Shown: piece by piece, positions 35,772-45,800 of the stretch
How positions within the stretch are numbered: position 1 is the first letter of the stretch
How the letters are laid out: the number at the start of each line of letters is the position of its first letter
Assembly: GCA_019636755.1 (NCBI GenBank)
Contig: JAHBWZ010000008.1
Coordinates: 103,900 to 167,899 of the forward strand
Reading direction: 5' to 3'
Length of the DNA: 64,000 nt
Source: Phycisphaeraceae bacterium
GTDB lineage: Bacteria; Planctomycetota; Phycisphaerae; Phycisphaerales; SM1A02
The notes under the pieces: model-generated
Seen by the model: the letters and a program-made list of their open reading frames with translations, nothing else
What the model was told of the DNA's origin: nothing
Database searches by the model: none
Made by a program: the position numbers and the translations under genes

Positions 35772-37180
35772 GACGACTGGCCGTCCTGAACATCGTCGGA
35801 CTGACGCAGGCGGTGCTGGCGCATGCACCCGGCCTGTCGGGCCGCGCGGCGAAGGGCATGCTGCGGGCCCTGCGTCCGCCGCTTCCCGCGGTGACATGCA
35901 CCGCGCAGGCCACGATGCTGACCGGGCGCCCGCCGGCCGGGCACGGGATCGTGGGGAACGGCTGGTATGACCGCGAATCCGCGGAAGTGCGATTCTGGAA
36001 GCAGTCGGGCCGGCTGGTGGCGGGCGACAAGGTGTGGGACGTCGCGCGGCGGCGCGATCCGGCGTTCACCTGCGCGCAGCTCTTCTGGTGGTTCAACATG
36101 CACGCGAACGTCGACGTCGCCGTGACGCCGCGGCCGCTCTACCTTGCCGACGGCCGGAAGATCCCGGACATCCACACGCGCCCCGCGTCGCTCCGCGATG
36201 ACCTGACCGCAGCGCTCGGCGCGTTCCCGCTCTTCCGGTTCTGGGGCCCCGGCGCCGGCCTTGCGTCCAGCACGTGGATCGCCCGGTCGGCGGCGCACGT
36301 TGTCCGCACCGCGGCGCCGACCCTGACGCTCGTCTACCTGCCGCACCTGGATTACGCGGCGCAGCAGTACGGTCCGGACGATCCGCGGACCATCGCGGAG
36401 ATCGGCGCGATCGATCGCGTCGCCTCGGATCTTGCGTCCTTCCTGGAGTCGGAGGGCGTCGACGTCATGATCGTGAGCGAGTACGGACTGGAGGCGGTCG
36501 ATGCCCCGGTCCGCATCAACCGGATCCTCCGGACCATGGGGCTGCTGGCGGTGCGCGACGAGCGCGGTCGCGATCACCTGGATCCGGGGGAGAGCCGCGC
36601 CTTCGCGATCGCGGATCACCAGGTCGCGCATGTGTGCATCAATCCGCCCGCCCCGCGGGCCTCGGCGACGGATCCGGCGCGGCTGGCCGCTGAACTCGCC
36701 GGCGTGGAGGGCATCGCGGAGGTTCTCCTGGGCGAGGCCCGGGCGGCGCGCGGACTCGATCATCCGCGCGCGGGCGACCTCGTCCTGGTCGCCTCGCCGG
36801 GACGGTGGTTCTCCTACGACTGGTGGCTGGATGACGCGCGCGCGCCGGACTACGCGCGGACGGTCGACATCCATCGCAAGCCCGGCTACGACCCGCTGGA
36901 ACTCTTCGTCGATCCGCGCATCCGGCTGCCGCGCCTGCGCATCGCCGCGATGCTCGCGGCGCGGCGCCTGGGCCATCGCATGCCCCTGAGCATCATCCCG
37001 CTGGATCCGGCGCTCGTCCGGGGATCGCACGGGCGGGACCATGTCCGTGCCGAGGCGGCGCCGGTCCTGATCCTGCCGCCGGGATCGGCGGCCGGCGCGA
37101 TCGCGGACGAGGCCGACGCCGGGGTCCTTCCGATGGCCCGCGTGCACGACGCCATCCTGGCCCACGTCTTCTCCGCCTGA
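35768..37180 (+). CDS. Alkaline-phosphatase-superfamily nucleotide pyrophosphatase/phosphodiesterase (NPP, type I phosphodiesterase family)
   Basis: The ATG overlaps the upstream stop (ATGA). PAVTCTAQATMLTGRPPAGHGIVGNGWY (nucleophile Thr context), YLPHLDYAAQQYGP, VSEYGL. Confidence 0.75.
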   Translation: MRRLAVLNIVGLTQAVLAHAPGLSGRAAKGMLRALRPPLPAVTCTAQATMLTGRPPAGHGIVGNGWYDRESAEVRFWKQSGRLVAGDKVWDVARRRDPAFTCAQLFWWFNMHANVDVAVTPRPLYLADGRKIPDIHTRPASLRDDLTAALGAFPLFRFWGPGAGLASSTWIARSAAHVVRTAAPTLTLVYLPHLDYAAQQYGPDDPRTIAEIGAIDRVASDLASFLESEGVDVMIVSEYGLEAVDAPVRINRILRTMGLLAVRDERGRDHLDPGESRAFAIADHQVAHVCINPPAPRASATDPARLAAELAGVEGIAEVLLGEARAARGLDHPRAGDLVLVASPGRWFSYDWWLDDARAPDYARTVDIHRKPGYDPLELFVDPRIRLPRLRIAAMLAARRLGHRMPLSIIPLDPALVRGSHGRDHVRAEAAPVLILPPGSAAGAIADEADAGVLPMARVHDAILAHVFSA

Positions 37181-37264
37181 GCATGCCGGTGTGAGCGCTT
37201 CCGCGCCGGCGTTGCCGGGCGCGCACGCGGGCAAAGCGCCGCGGCATGCCGGCGCGGTCCCGGT

Positions 37265-39235
37265 TCAGGGGCCGGTGTGCAGCCCGGGGCGCCGCAGCGC
37301 ACCGGTCGGCGGCTCGGGTCGGGACGGACCGGCCAGGACCTCGCGCACCGTGCGGGCGATCGACGCTGCGTCCAGCCCCGCCTCCTCCAGCTGTTCCCGC
37401 CGTGATGCCTGGTGGATCCAGCGGTCGGACGGCATCGCCAGGCGATGGATGTGCCGCGCATCGAGACCAGCGTCCAGGGCGGCTTCCGCCACGGCCGCGC
37501 CGAAGCCTCCCTCGCGCCCGTGATCCTCGATCGTGACGATCGGGATGCCGCGCTGGAGAAGCGACCGGAGCAGGGCGACATCCACCGGCTTCGCGAACCG
37601 CGCGTCGTACAGGTCCACGGCGTACTCGCCGCCGAGCAGTCCGATCGCGTCATCGGCGTCGATCACCGGGGTGCCGTAGGCGAGGATCGCCAGGTCCGGA
37701 TGGTCGTGGGTCCGCAGCCGACGCGCCACGCCGGGTACGAACGGCGGGCACGGTATGCCGGCGAACCGGTCGCTGACCGTGTCACGCGGATAGCGCACCG
37801 CGCTGAGCGCGGTGTCGCAGTCGCGCATGAACGTCAGCGCCGCGATGAGACTCGGCTCGTCCATCGCCGCCATCAGGATGGAGCCGGGCAGGGGGCGCAG
37901 CAGGGCGATGTCACAGAAGCCGTGATGCACGGCGCCGTCGCCGCCCACGAGGCCCGCCCGATCCAGGCAGAGGCGGACGGACAGCCCCTGCAGCGCGACT
38001 TCCTGGAAGGCCTGGTCGAAGGCGCGCTGGAGGAACGTCGAGTACACCGCGAAGAAGGGCTTCCAGCCGGTGCGGGCGAGTCCCGCCATCATGTCCATGG
38101 CATGCGATTCGCAGATGCCGACATCCCAGGCGCGATCCGGATGGGCGGCCAGGACCTGCGTCAGCCCGGTGCCGTCCGGCATCGCCGCCGTCGCGGTGAC
38201 GATCCGCGGATCCGTCGCCATGAGGTCGAGCATCGCTTCGCCGAATGCCTGCGTGAACGAGCGTCCTCCCGAGGCGACCTCGACGCGGCATCCGTCCATG
38301 CGGAGCGGCCCCGGCGAATGGAAGCGGCACGCGTCGCTCTCGGCGAACTCGAAGCCCTTGCCCTTGACCGTGTGCACGTGCAGCACGATCGGGCGGTCGA
38401 CGTCGCGCACGGCGATGAGCATCTCCACGAGCGACCGCAGGTCGTGGCCGTCGACGGGACCGACGGTCAGCAGTCCGAACTTCTCGAACCAGGCATCCTC
38501 GGCCACCGCGTCCTTCGCGATCTCGCCGAGTCGATGCGAGATGTCCTCCAGCAGCGAACCGCCCGGCAGGTGCGCGAACGCCTCCTTCGCCGCGCGCTTC
38601 GCACGGCGGTAGGTCTCGCTCACGCGGAGTCGATCGAAGTACGCCGCGACGGCGCCCTGCGGCTGCGCGATGGACATGCCGTTGTCGTTCAGCACGACGA
38701 GGAACTGCCGGCGGAGCGTTCCGGCGTTGTTGAGGCCCTCCATGGCGACGCCGTTCACGATGCTCGCGTCACCGATCAGCGAGACGACGCGCCGGCCGCC
38801 GGGGCGGGTCTCGCTGTGGAAGCCGTCGCCGGCAAGGTCGTCGCCGCGGGCCATGCCCACGGCGGTCGAGATCGCGGTGCCGGCGTGACCCACCATGAAG
38901 AGGTCGAAGGCGCTCTCCCGCGGATCCGGGAAGCCGGCCATGCCGCCGCGCTGGCGCAGGCGGTCGAGCAGCGGGAGGCGACCGGTCAGGAGCTTGTGCG
39001 GGTAGCACTGGTGCCCCACGTCGAAGAGCAGGCGATCGTGCCCGAAGTCGAACACGTAGTGCAGGGCGATGGTGAGTTCGACGACCCCGAGATTCGGCGC
39101 CAGGTGACCGCCGCTGACGCGGACCTGCTCGCAGATCGCGTGGCGGATCTCCGCGGCAAGCCGCGGGAGCTGTTCGAACGGGATGGCGCGCAGGTCCTGC
39201 GGCGTGCGGACGGTTGGGAGGAGGCTCAGTTCCAT
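37265..39235 (-). CDS. dxs: 1-deoxy-D-xylulose-5-phosphate synthase
   Basis: Start at MELSLLPTV. GGHLAPNLGVVELTIALHYVFD, DVGHQCYPHKLLTGR, TPP motif IGDASIVNGVAMEGLNN and DVGICESHAMDMMAGLA. Confidence 0.92.
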   Translation of the reverse strand: MELSLLPTVRTPQDLRAIPFEQLPRLAAEIRHAICEQVRVSGGHLAPNLGVVELTIALHYVFDFGHDRLLFDVGHQCYPHKLLTGRLPLLDRLRQRGGMAGFPDPRESAFDLFMVGHAGTAISTAVGMARGDDLAGDGFHSETRPGGRRVVSLIGDASIVNGVAMEGLNNAGTLRRQFLVVLNDNGMSIAQPQGAVAAYFDRLRVSETYRRAKRAAKEAFAHLPGGSLLEDISHRLGEIAKDAVAEDAWFEKFGLLTVGPVDGHDLRSLVEMLIAVRDVDRPIVLHVHTVKGKGFEFAESDACRFHSPGPLRMDGCRVEVASGGRSFTQAFGEAMLDLMATDPRIVTATAAMPDGTGLTQVLAAHPDRAWDVGICESHAMDMMAGLARTGWKPFFAVYSTFLQRAFDQAFQEVALQGLSVRLCLDRAGLVGGDGAVHHGFCDIALLRPLPGSILMAAMDEPSLIAALTFMRDCDTALSAVRYPRDTVSDRFAGIPCPPFVPGVARRLRTHDHPDLAILAYGTPVIDADDAIGLLGGEYAVDLYDARFAKPVDVALLRSLLQRGIPIVTIEDHGREGGFGAAVAEAALDAGLDARHIHRLAMPSDRWIHQASRREQLEEAGLDAASIARTVREVLAGPSRPEPPTGALRRPGLHTGP

Positions 39236-39333
39236 GCCGTCCCCATGATAGAGGTGACCGCACCGCGGCGCTGCGCGGGATCCGCGGTCGATCGACGCCG
39301 TCCGCGCGCCCGCGGCATCGAGGGAGGGGCCGG

Positions 39334-40254
39334 TCACCGGGTCCGGACCGCGAGTTCGCCGGCCAGCGTGCGGAGGCGATCGGCGGCGGCGCCGAGCGGT
39401 GCCAGGCTGGATGCGGCCGCCTCCGCCAGTTCCTGTGCCCGCGACCGGGCCCCGTCCACGCCAAGGACCTCCGGCCAGGTGAGGCGCCCCCGCGCGCGGT
39501 CCTTGCCGGTGGTCTTGCCGACGTGCTCCGTCGTCTGCGTGGTGTCGAGCAGGTCATCGACGACCTGGAAGAGCAGGCCGATGGCGTCGCCGTACCGGCG
39601 GAGCGCATGCAGTGCCTCGGGCCCCGCCTCGACGGCGAGCCCTCCCAGGACGCACGACGCCCGGATCAGGGCGCCGGTCTTGCCGCGCTGGATCATCTCC
39701 AGCCGCTGCACCGGCGCGAGCGACGCCGGCACGCCGCCGACGGTGTCCATCGTCTGCCCGTCCACCATGGCGATGGTCGCGGATGCCAGTTCCGTGGTCA
39801 TCCGCACCACCGATCCCGGCGGCCGGTCGCCCTCGGTAAGGACGGCGAATGCCAGTGCGAGCAGCAGGTCGCCGGTGAGCAGGGCGGTCGCCTCGCCGTG
39901 CACGACATGCACGGTCGGGCGCCCGCGGCGCAGCACATCGTTGTCGAGCGCCGGAAGGTCATCGTGCACCAGGCTGAAGCAGTGAACGAGTTCGACCGCG
40001 ACGGCGGCGGGCATGGCAGCCGCGTGGTCACCGCCCGCGGCCTCCGCCGCGAGCAGGACGAGCGCCGGGCGGACGCGCTTGCCGCCGCCGAGGACCGCGT
40101 GGCGCGCGGCATCGACGAGGCGCGGGGCCGCCGAACGGGGCAGCACGACCTCGATCGTGTGTCGTAGCGCCGCCTCGATCTCCGCCCGGCACGCCCCGGC
40201 GGCGGACAACTCCTGCACGAGCGGCAAGGCGGTTTCTCCTGGGCCGTCCATCAT
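39334..40254 (-). CDS. ispA: Polyprenyl diphosphate synthase, farnesyl-diphosphate-synthase-like
   Basis: FARM with bacterial insertion LVHCFSLVHDDLPALDNDVLRRG (aromatic F at -5 suggests C15 product). SARM FQVVDDLLD. The ispA-dxs order is classical. Confidence 0.85.
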   Translation of the reverse strand: MMDGPGETALPLVQELSAAGACRAEIEAALRHTIEVVLPRSAAPRLVDAARHAVLGGGKRVRPALVLLAAEAAGGDHAAAMPAAVAVELVHCFSLVHDDLPALDNDVLRRGRPTVHVVHGEATALLTGDLLLALAFAVLTEGDRPPGSVVRMTTELASATIAMVDGQTMDTVGGVPASLAPVQRLEMIQRGKTGALIRASCVLGGLAVEAGPEALHALRRYGDAIGLLFQVVDDLLDTTQTTEHVGKTTGKDRARGRLTWPEVLGVDGARSRAQELAEAAASSLAPLGAAADRLRTLAGELAVRTR

Positions 40255-40277
40255 CGAGGCGATGCTACCATGCCGCC

Positions 40278-42281
40278 GTGCCGGCCCTGTTCGATTCTCT
40301 TTCGATCCTCATCGAGCGCGGCGGGATCATCATGGTCCCGCTGCTCGCGCTGAGCATCGCCGCGCTGGCGATGATCGTCGAGCGGTCGCTCTTCTGGTGG
40401 ATCGCGCACCGGGCGACGGCGGTCCGGCGGGCGGAGCATCTCCTGGAGGCGCTGCGTGTCCGGAACCGGACGCGGGCGCTCGCCCTGACCGAGGGCGACG
40501 AGGGACCGTACGCGGTCGTCGCTCGCCGGCTGGCGGAGCGGGGCGCGGGAGACGCCGTGGCGCTCGCGGCGGTGGATGCGGTCCGACCGCGCATCGAGCG
40601 TTTCATGACCGCCCTCTCCACGACCATCACCGCCGCGCCGCTGCTGGGGATCCTGGGGACCGTCATCGGCATCATCCGTTCGTTCGAACTGCTGGGCGGT
40701 CATACCTCGCTGACCGATCCGCGCGCCGTCGCGGCGGGCATCGCCGAGGCACTGCTCACCACCGCGTTCGGACTCATCATCGCGCTGCTGACGCTCTTCC
40801 CGTACATGCTCTTTCGAGGGCACGTGCAGCGGGCGTTCCTGCGGCTGGAGTCGCTCATCGCCGCGGCGCGGGAGGCGTCGACATCCCCGGGCGAGCCGCC
40901 GGCGGTGGCGGAGCGCGGGCCGGCGGAGCGCACCTCCGGCGCCCTGGCGCCACCCGGCGCTCATGCGGGCCGCGTGCCGGTCGCGGTGCTCGCCATCATC
41001 GCGGGGGCCGTCGCCGCGTCGACCGCGCTGCCAGAGGCACAGGCGTCGGAGCGATCGATCCGGCGCCAGCGCACCGCCGACGGCCTGGTGCTGGAGACGG
41101 CCGTCCGCCGGTTCGTCGACCCGGTGCGCGGCACCGAGGTGCTGCTCGCGGGGGTGACGCATATCGGCGATGCCGCGTACTACGCGGCGCTCGGCGACCT
41201 GCTGGGCACCTGCGACGTCGTCCTGTTCGAACTCGTCCGGCCCGCGGGTGCGGGCGCGGTCGCGGGTGCAACACCGCAGGCGCGACGCGACGCCACGCGC
41301 GCGGCCGCGATGTTCCTTGCGGACGCGATGGCCGTTCTGCCCGCGGCCGTGGCCGATGGAGAGGCACAGGCGACGCCACCGACCTCCGTCGCCGGACTGG
41401 CGGAGCGCCTTCGCGCCACGGACTCGATCCTCGCGAACCTGGTGGCCGCGACGGCGATGGACGCGTGGGGACACCCGTTCACCGTGTCGGCGGACGCGGT
41501 GCGCAGCCTGGGTGCCGACGGCGCCGAGGGAGGCGAGGGCGAGGCGGCGGACATCATCGTGGACGTGCCGCCCGCAACCGGCATGGCCGGGCGCGCAGGC
41601 GGCCTGCAGGCGTCGCTCGCGCAGGCGCTCGGCCTCGCGTTCCAGCTGCACGAGATCGATTACGCCTCTCCGTCGTGGCGCGCCAGCGATCTCACGATCG
41701 ACGACCTGGATGCGCGCCTGCGGGCGCGGGGCGTCCCGATCAGCCTGGGTGGCGGCGGCGCCGACGGTGGTGGCGGTCCCGCGCTCTTCGGCGGCGTCAC
41801 GGAGACGATCGCGCGGCTGATGCTGACCATGATCGAGCGCGGCGATCGCATGTCGGGCGGGACGCTCCGGCGCTCGCTCCGGCTCCTGCTGGTCGAACTG
41901 CTCGGCGATCCGGCGACGCTCGAGGGCGGACTCGCGCAGCTCGGCGAGGATTTCCACGCGATCATCATCGAGGAGCGCAACGAGGTTCCTGTCCGCGACC
42001 TGCAGGCGCTCCTCGCCGGGGACCCGGTGCCCGGCCGCATCGCGCTCGTGTACGGCGCAGGGCATCTCCCCGACCTGGCGGCGCGCCTGGCGGCGCTGGG
42101 CCTGGAAGAAGGCGCGTCCACCTGGCTCTCCGCAATCACCGTGGACCTCGCCGCGGAAGGCGTGCCCGCCGCCGAGCGCCTGAGGCTGCTCCAGGCGGTG
42201 CGCCGCATGCACATGATGATGCGAAGCCAGATGCAGATGCCGGCGCCGGCGCCGGGGCGCCCGGCCTCGCCGCGCGAGTGA
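40278..42281 (+). CDS. Fusion protein: N-terminal MotA/TolQ/ExbB proton-channel domain + extra TM + C-terminal TraB/GumN-like domain
   Basis: 667-aa single ORF (GTG start). ExbB-like aa 1-200 (LSTTITAAPLLGILGTVIGIIRSFE...GIAEALLTTAFGLIIALLTLFPYMLF). Hydrophobic linker VPVAVLAIIAGAVAAS. TraB/GumN-like landmarks: LLAGVTHIGDAAYY...CDVVLFELV, LHEIDYASPSWRASDL, IIEERNEV, ALVYGAGHLPDLAARLAALG. Confidence 0.7.
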   Translation: MPALFDSLSILIERGGIIMVPLLALSIAALAMIVERSLFWWIAHRATAVRRAEHLLEALRVRNRTRALALTEGDEGPYAVVARRLAERGAGDAVALAAVDAVRPRIERFMTALSTTITAAPLLGILGTVIGIIRSFELLGGHTSLTDPRAVAAGIAEALLTTAFGLIIALLTLFPYMLFRGHVQRAFLRLESLIAAAREASTSPGEPPAVAERGPAERTSGALAPPGAHAGRVPVAVLAIIAGAVAASTALPEAQASERSIRRQRTADGLVLETAVRRFVDPVRGTEVLLAGVTHIGDAAYYAALGDLLGTCDVVLFELVRPAGAGAVAGATPQARRDATRAAAMFLADAMAVLPAAVADGEAQATPPTSVAGLAERLRATDSILANLVAATAMDAWGHPFTVSADAVRSLGADGAEGGEGEAADIIVDVPPATGMAGRAGGLQASLAQALGLAFQLHEIDYASPSWRASDLTIDDLDARLRARGVPISLGGGGADGGGGPALFGGVTETIARLMLTMIERGDRMSGGTLRRSLRLLLVELLGDPATLEGGLAQLGEDFHAIIIEERNEVPVRDLQALLAGDPVPGRIALVYGAGHLPDLAARLAALGLEEGASTWLSAITVDLAAEGVPAAERLRLLQAVRRMHMMMRSQMQMPAPAPGRPASPRE

Positions 42282-42299
42282 TCCTGAGATGGGAGGGGG

Positions 42300-43260
42300 A
42301 GGAGTCGGCGCGGCGCGTCCGCGACCGATGCATCGCGCGCCAAGGCGCTTCCGGGATCGTCCATCCGCGAGTGGGGGGTGCAGGGCGGCGCTTCAGCCCC
42401 CCTGCGCATGCGCGTGCGGAAGGCGAGAAGGCGTGCACGGCAGAGTGCCTGAGAGCGTCGTCAGGTTGCTGACTCGTCCATGCGCGCGCGCGCTTGCTCG
42501 CTCGCTCGATGTCTCTTCGGGGACCACGGTTGGCGTCGGGTCTCGATGATCATGTGGCTTTCCGTCCGGGGGGCGCGAGCGCAGGGGGGGCTGAGGCCCC
42601 CCCTGCAACCCCCTTGCGCGCAGGAGGGTTGTGGTGGTCAGCCGGCGCGCGAGTGGTGGTGGCATCGCGCATTGAGTTCAGGGGCGCGCGCCGAGGACCT
42701 CTGGCGCCGATGGCGCGTCCGCGACCGATGTATTGCGTGCAGAAATTCGTTCCCAGGATCATCCATCCGCGAAGTTGCAGGGGGAGCAGCTCAACCCCTG
42801 CGCACTTTACGTCACGGAGAAGACGATGAAATTGCCTGGCAGGTGCCTGAGAGCGTCGTCAAGTTCCTGACTCGTCCATGCGCGCGCGCGCCTGCTCGCT
42901 CGCTCGATGTCTCTTCGGGGACCACGGTTGGCGTCGGGTCTCGATGATCATGTGGCTTTCCGTCCAGGGGGCGCGGCAGAATGGGCTACCACAGCTACTA
43001 TGAAGGTGGCGGTGGTCAGCCGGCGCGCGAGTGGTGGTGCCTTCGCGCATGGAGTCCAGCGCCGGGCGCTGAGGACGTCTGGCGGCGCGGCGCGTCCGTG
43101 ATCGATGCATTGCGCGAGAAGGCGCTTCCGGGATCATCCATCCGCGAGGGGTTGCGGGAATTCAGCCCCTGCGCTCACTGCGTGGAAGCGATAATGCAGC
43201 CGGTCACCTGGGAAGCGTCGTCAAGTTCCTGACTCGTCCATGCGCGCGCGCACGCTCGCT
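42300..43260. repeat. Tandem array (left part) of about 0.4-kb composite repeat units carrying inverted G7/C7 hairpin modules
   Basis: Unit starts near 42309, 42711 and 43089 (GGCGCGTCCG(C/T)GA(C/T)CGATG...). Hairpins at about 42379-42405, 42581-42606 and 42777-42801. Conserved cores GACTCGTCCATGCGCGCGCG...CTCGATGTCTCTTCGGGGACCACGGTTGGCGTCGGGTCTCGATGATCATGTGGCTTTCC. No credible ORF. Confidence 0.85.
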
Positions 43261-43338
43261 GTAAGCGTTCGACGAACGACGCCTTGGCGCCGTCTCGCGG
43301 CACATGCGACGATCGGAGGCCTCGAAAGGAGGCTGGCG

Positions 43339-43700
43339 ATGGCGGAGCAGCCCAGGGACGGTGGGCGGAGGCGGAACACGGAGATCGAGCGGGCGTGGCG
43401 TGAGCGCATCGCGGGGTGGGAAGCCAGCGGGCTGAGCGCGGGCGTACTGCGGCGAGCACGGTCTGAAGGCGGCTCGTTCTGCGTATGGCGGCGGGAGCTC
43501 GATCGGCGCGCGACGGCAGGCGGCGCGGCCGGCGCGGCAGGGCCGAGCCGGCAGCAGCGCCGGACACAGCCGCGGTTCGTCGCCACTCAGGTCCGCGAGC
43601 GGACGCCAGGCGCCCGATCGAGATCGTGCTGCCGGGCGGCGCGGTCGTTCGTGTGAACGGTCACGCCGATCAGGCGACCATCGCGGGCGTGCTCCACTTG
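43339..43700 (+). pseudogene. tnpA: IS66 tnpA (orf1) remnant
   Basis: AAGGAGG RBS then ATG. MAEQPRDGGRRRNTEIERAWRERIAGWEASGLSA... The motifs continue in other frames (YCGEHGLKAA / SFCVWRREL, then PIEIVLPGGAVVRVNGHADQATIAGVLHL), implying indels. Confidence 0.6.
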
Positions 43701-43739
43701 CGCTTGCACGCGAGCGCGGGCATTGCTGGGTCTCCGCCC

Positions 43740-44070
43740 TCGACGGATCCTGCTGTGCGCAGGTCACCGACATGCAGCGCGGCTTCAGCGGCACGGCGGG
43801 ATGACGCGCGATATTGCTTCTGGATGATCCGCTCTCGGGTCACCTCTTCGTGTTCCGCAACCGGCGCGGCGATCGGATGAAAGATCCTGTGCTGGGGGAT
43901 CGCGACGGCTGTAGCTTCTGAGCACAAAGCATCAGGAAAGACATTCCCGTTCCCCGCGCGCGCCACGGCTCGGCGTCGGTCGGGTGGATCGCGCGACGCT
44001 GACGCTGATCATCGGGGCATCGACGTGCGCGATGCGCGCCCGGCAGCGGCTATCGGCGATCGGCGCTGGC
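43740..44070 (+). pseudogene. tnpB: IS66 tnpB (orf2) remnant
   Basis: Fragments RILLCAQVTDMQRGFSG and DPLSGHLFVFRNRRGDRMKILCW match the conserved IS66 Orf2 pattern, but frame changes and stops interrupt them. Confidence 0.55.
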
Positions 44071-44119
44071 GCCGCAGCATCATGCTGCGATAAGCTCGCA
44101 TGTTCGTAACGGTATCACT

Positions 44120-45800
44120 AGTGTGATCATCCTTGCACATCGCAGCAGGGACGCGACTGTGCCGACGACCTTGACCACGACCACGACCGACCACGACGAC
44201 CAGGGCGGTGCGGAACGGTCTCGTCGGGGCACCGCCGAGCCCGTCAGGCGTGGGGTCCACCGGTATCGAGGATCACCGGCGAGCGTCGGATCATCAACAG
44301 ATGATCCACCTGCTCGGGTCGATGAACAGACGGCCGCGTCGAACGCGAAGCTCCGAGCAGCTCGCGTACATGCTGCGGCGCTTACCGGGGACGCCAGTCA
44401 GAAGATGGACGCGGCGCTCCTGCTCTTTGCCAGAATTGCTCAGCGAAGCCGTGGCCGGGCGACCGACGCCGATCGCGCACTCCGAGCCCGCGGAAGAGCA
44501 GACGCAGTCAGAAAAGCCGCGCGGACGAAGCCTTCGGGGCGGCGGAAGATCGGCCCACCTGCGTGTCATCCATGAGCACAGGCTCGGCTCCGTCGATGCT
44601 CCCAATGCGTGCTGCGGTGAAGAACGCGTCGTGATCAGTGCGGGACGAGTGGCAGTATGAGCTCGTGCCGGCGAAGCTGGTCGTGACCCGGCACGTGACG
44701 GTTCACCTACGCGTGCCGCTCGTGCGGGGCGAGGTCGAGATTTCAACGCGAAGCCCGGCAGCCCGATCTGAAGTGCCTCGCGGGACCGGGCCTCGGCCCA
44801 CACGTGATCGTGAACAAGTTCGACGATCATCTGCGATGCTCACCGCCGAGGAGAGATCTTCAGACGGAACATCGACATCAGCCGCTCACGATGTGCGGGT
44901 GGTTGATGGGATGCGTGGCGGCAGCGGAACCAGTGTACAAGCTGATGCACAGCCGGATCTGCGATCAGGTGGTCCAGACGGACGGCTCGACGCTTCCGAT
45001 GATGGAGCCGGGGCGCGGATCGACGCAGGCGTCGGGATTCTGGGTATACCGTGAGGGCGATCTGCGCCGTACGTGGCGTACGACTTCACGGGACAGGACC
45101 GCGGCAGGCCGCAACAGCGCAGCTGAAGGGGTTCAGCGGGACACTCCAGGGCGGATGCATCGTCGATCTACGACGACATCTTCTTCGACGAGAAGAGGTT
45201 CGGCGCGCGTCGTCGAGGCAGGATGCTGTGACGCATCTGCGGCGGTGCTTCGAGAAGTCGAAGCTGGAGCATCCTGCCCGGGCAATCACGGCGATAAGAG
45301 GTGGATCAGGAAGCTGTACGCCATCGAGGACGAGCCCGAAGCGGATGTCAAGCAACGACGGCGCCCGCCTTCGACGGCGCGAATCGCGAGCGGTGCTGGA
45401 CGGCTTCTACGCGGCTGGACACGATCGAGCCGGGTGCAGCGCGCGAAGGCTCCAGCTCGGCAGGGCGATCACGCCGATGCGGCGGCACCGGAGGCCCTGA
45501 GCCGATACGCGAGCAGCGGTCGTCTCGCGATCGACAACAACGCGTCGAACGCGGCGTCAAGCCGATGGTGATCGGCCGGAAGAACTACCTGTTCGCGGGC
45601 AACCCGGATGGCGGCCGCGCGCGACGCGACGCTGGCGCACGATGGTCGAGTCGGCGAAGGCGTGCAGGATCGAGAACCCGGCGATCTGGCTGGCGGACGT
45701 CTGGCTCGCGTGAACGACACGCCCGAGCACGAGCGCGCCGATCTCCTGCCCGACCGGTGGAAGCTGCTCAACGGGAACGCGGCCGTCCGCCAGATCGCCG
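44120..45800 (+). pseudogene. tnpC: IS66 transposase tnpC remnant
   Basis: Scattered across frames: Zn-finger-like CCGEERVV...YELVPAKLVVTRHV, HVIVNKFDDH, VQTDGSTLPMMEPGRGSTQASGFWVY, LAIDNNASN, VIGRKNYLFAGNPDGG, LLPDRWKLL. Multiple frameshifts and stops. Confidence 0.7.

Noticed and set aside
42289-42665. Short ORFs inside repeat units (e.g. 42289..42549(+), 42393..42665(-), 45851..46099(-)) as candidate small proteins.
   Set aside because: Their similarity is explained by nucleotide-level repetition. The reading frames are not preserved between units, they have no RBS, and their composition is artefact-like.
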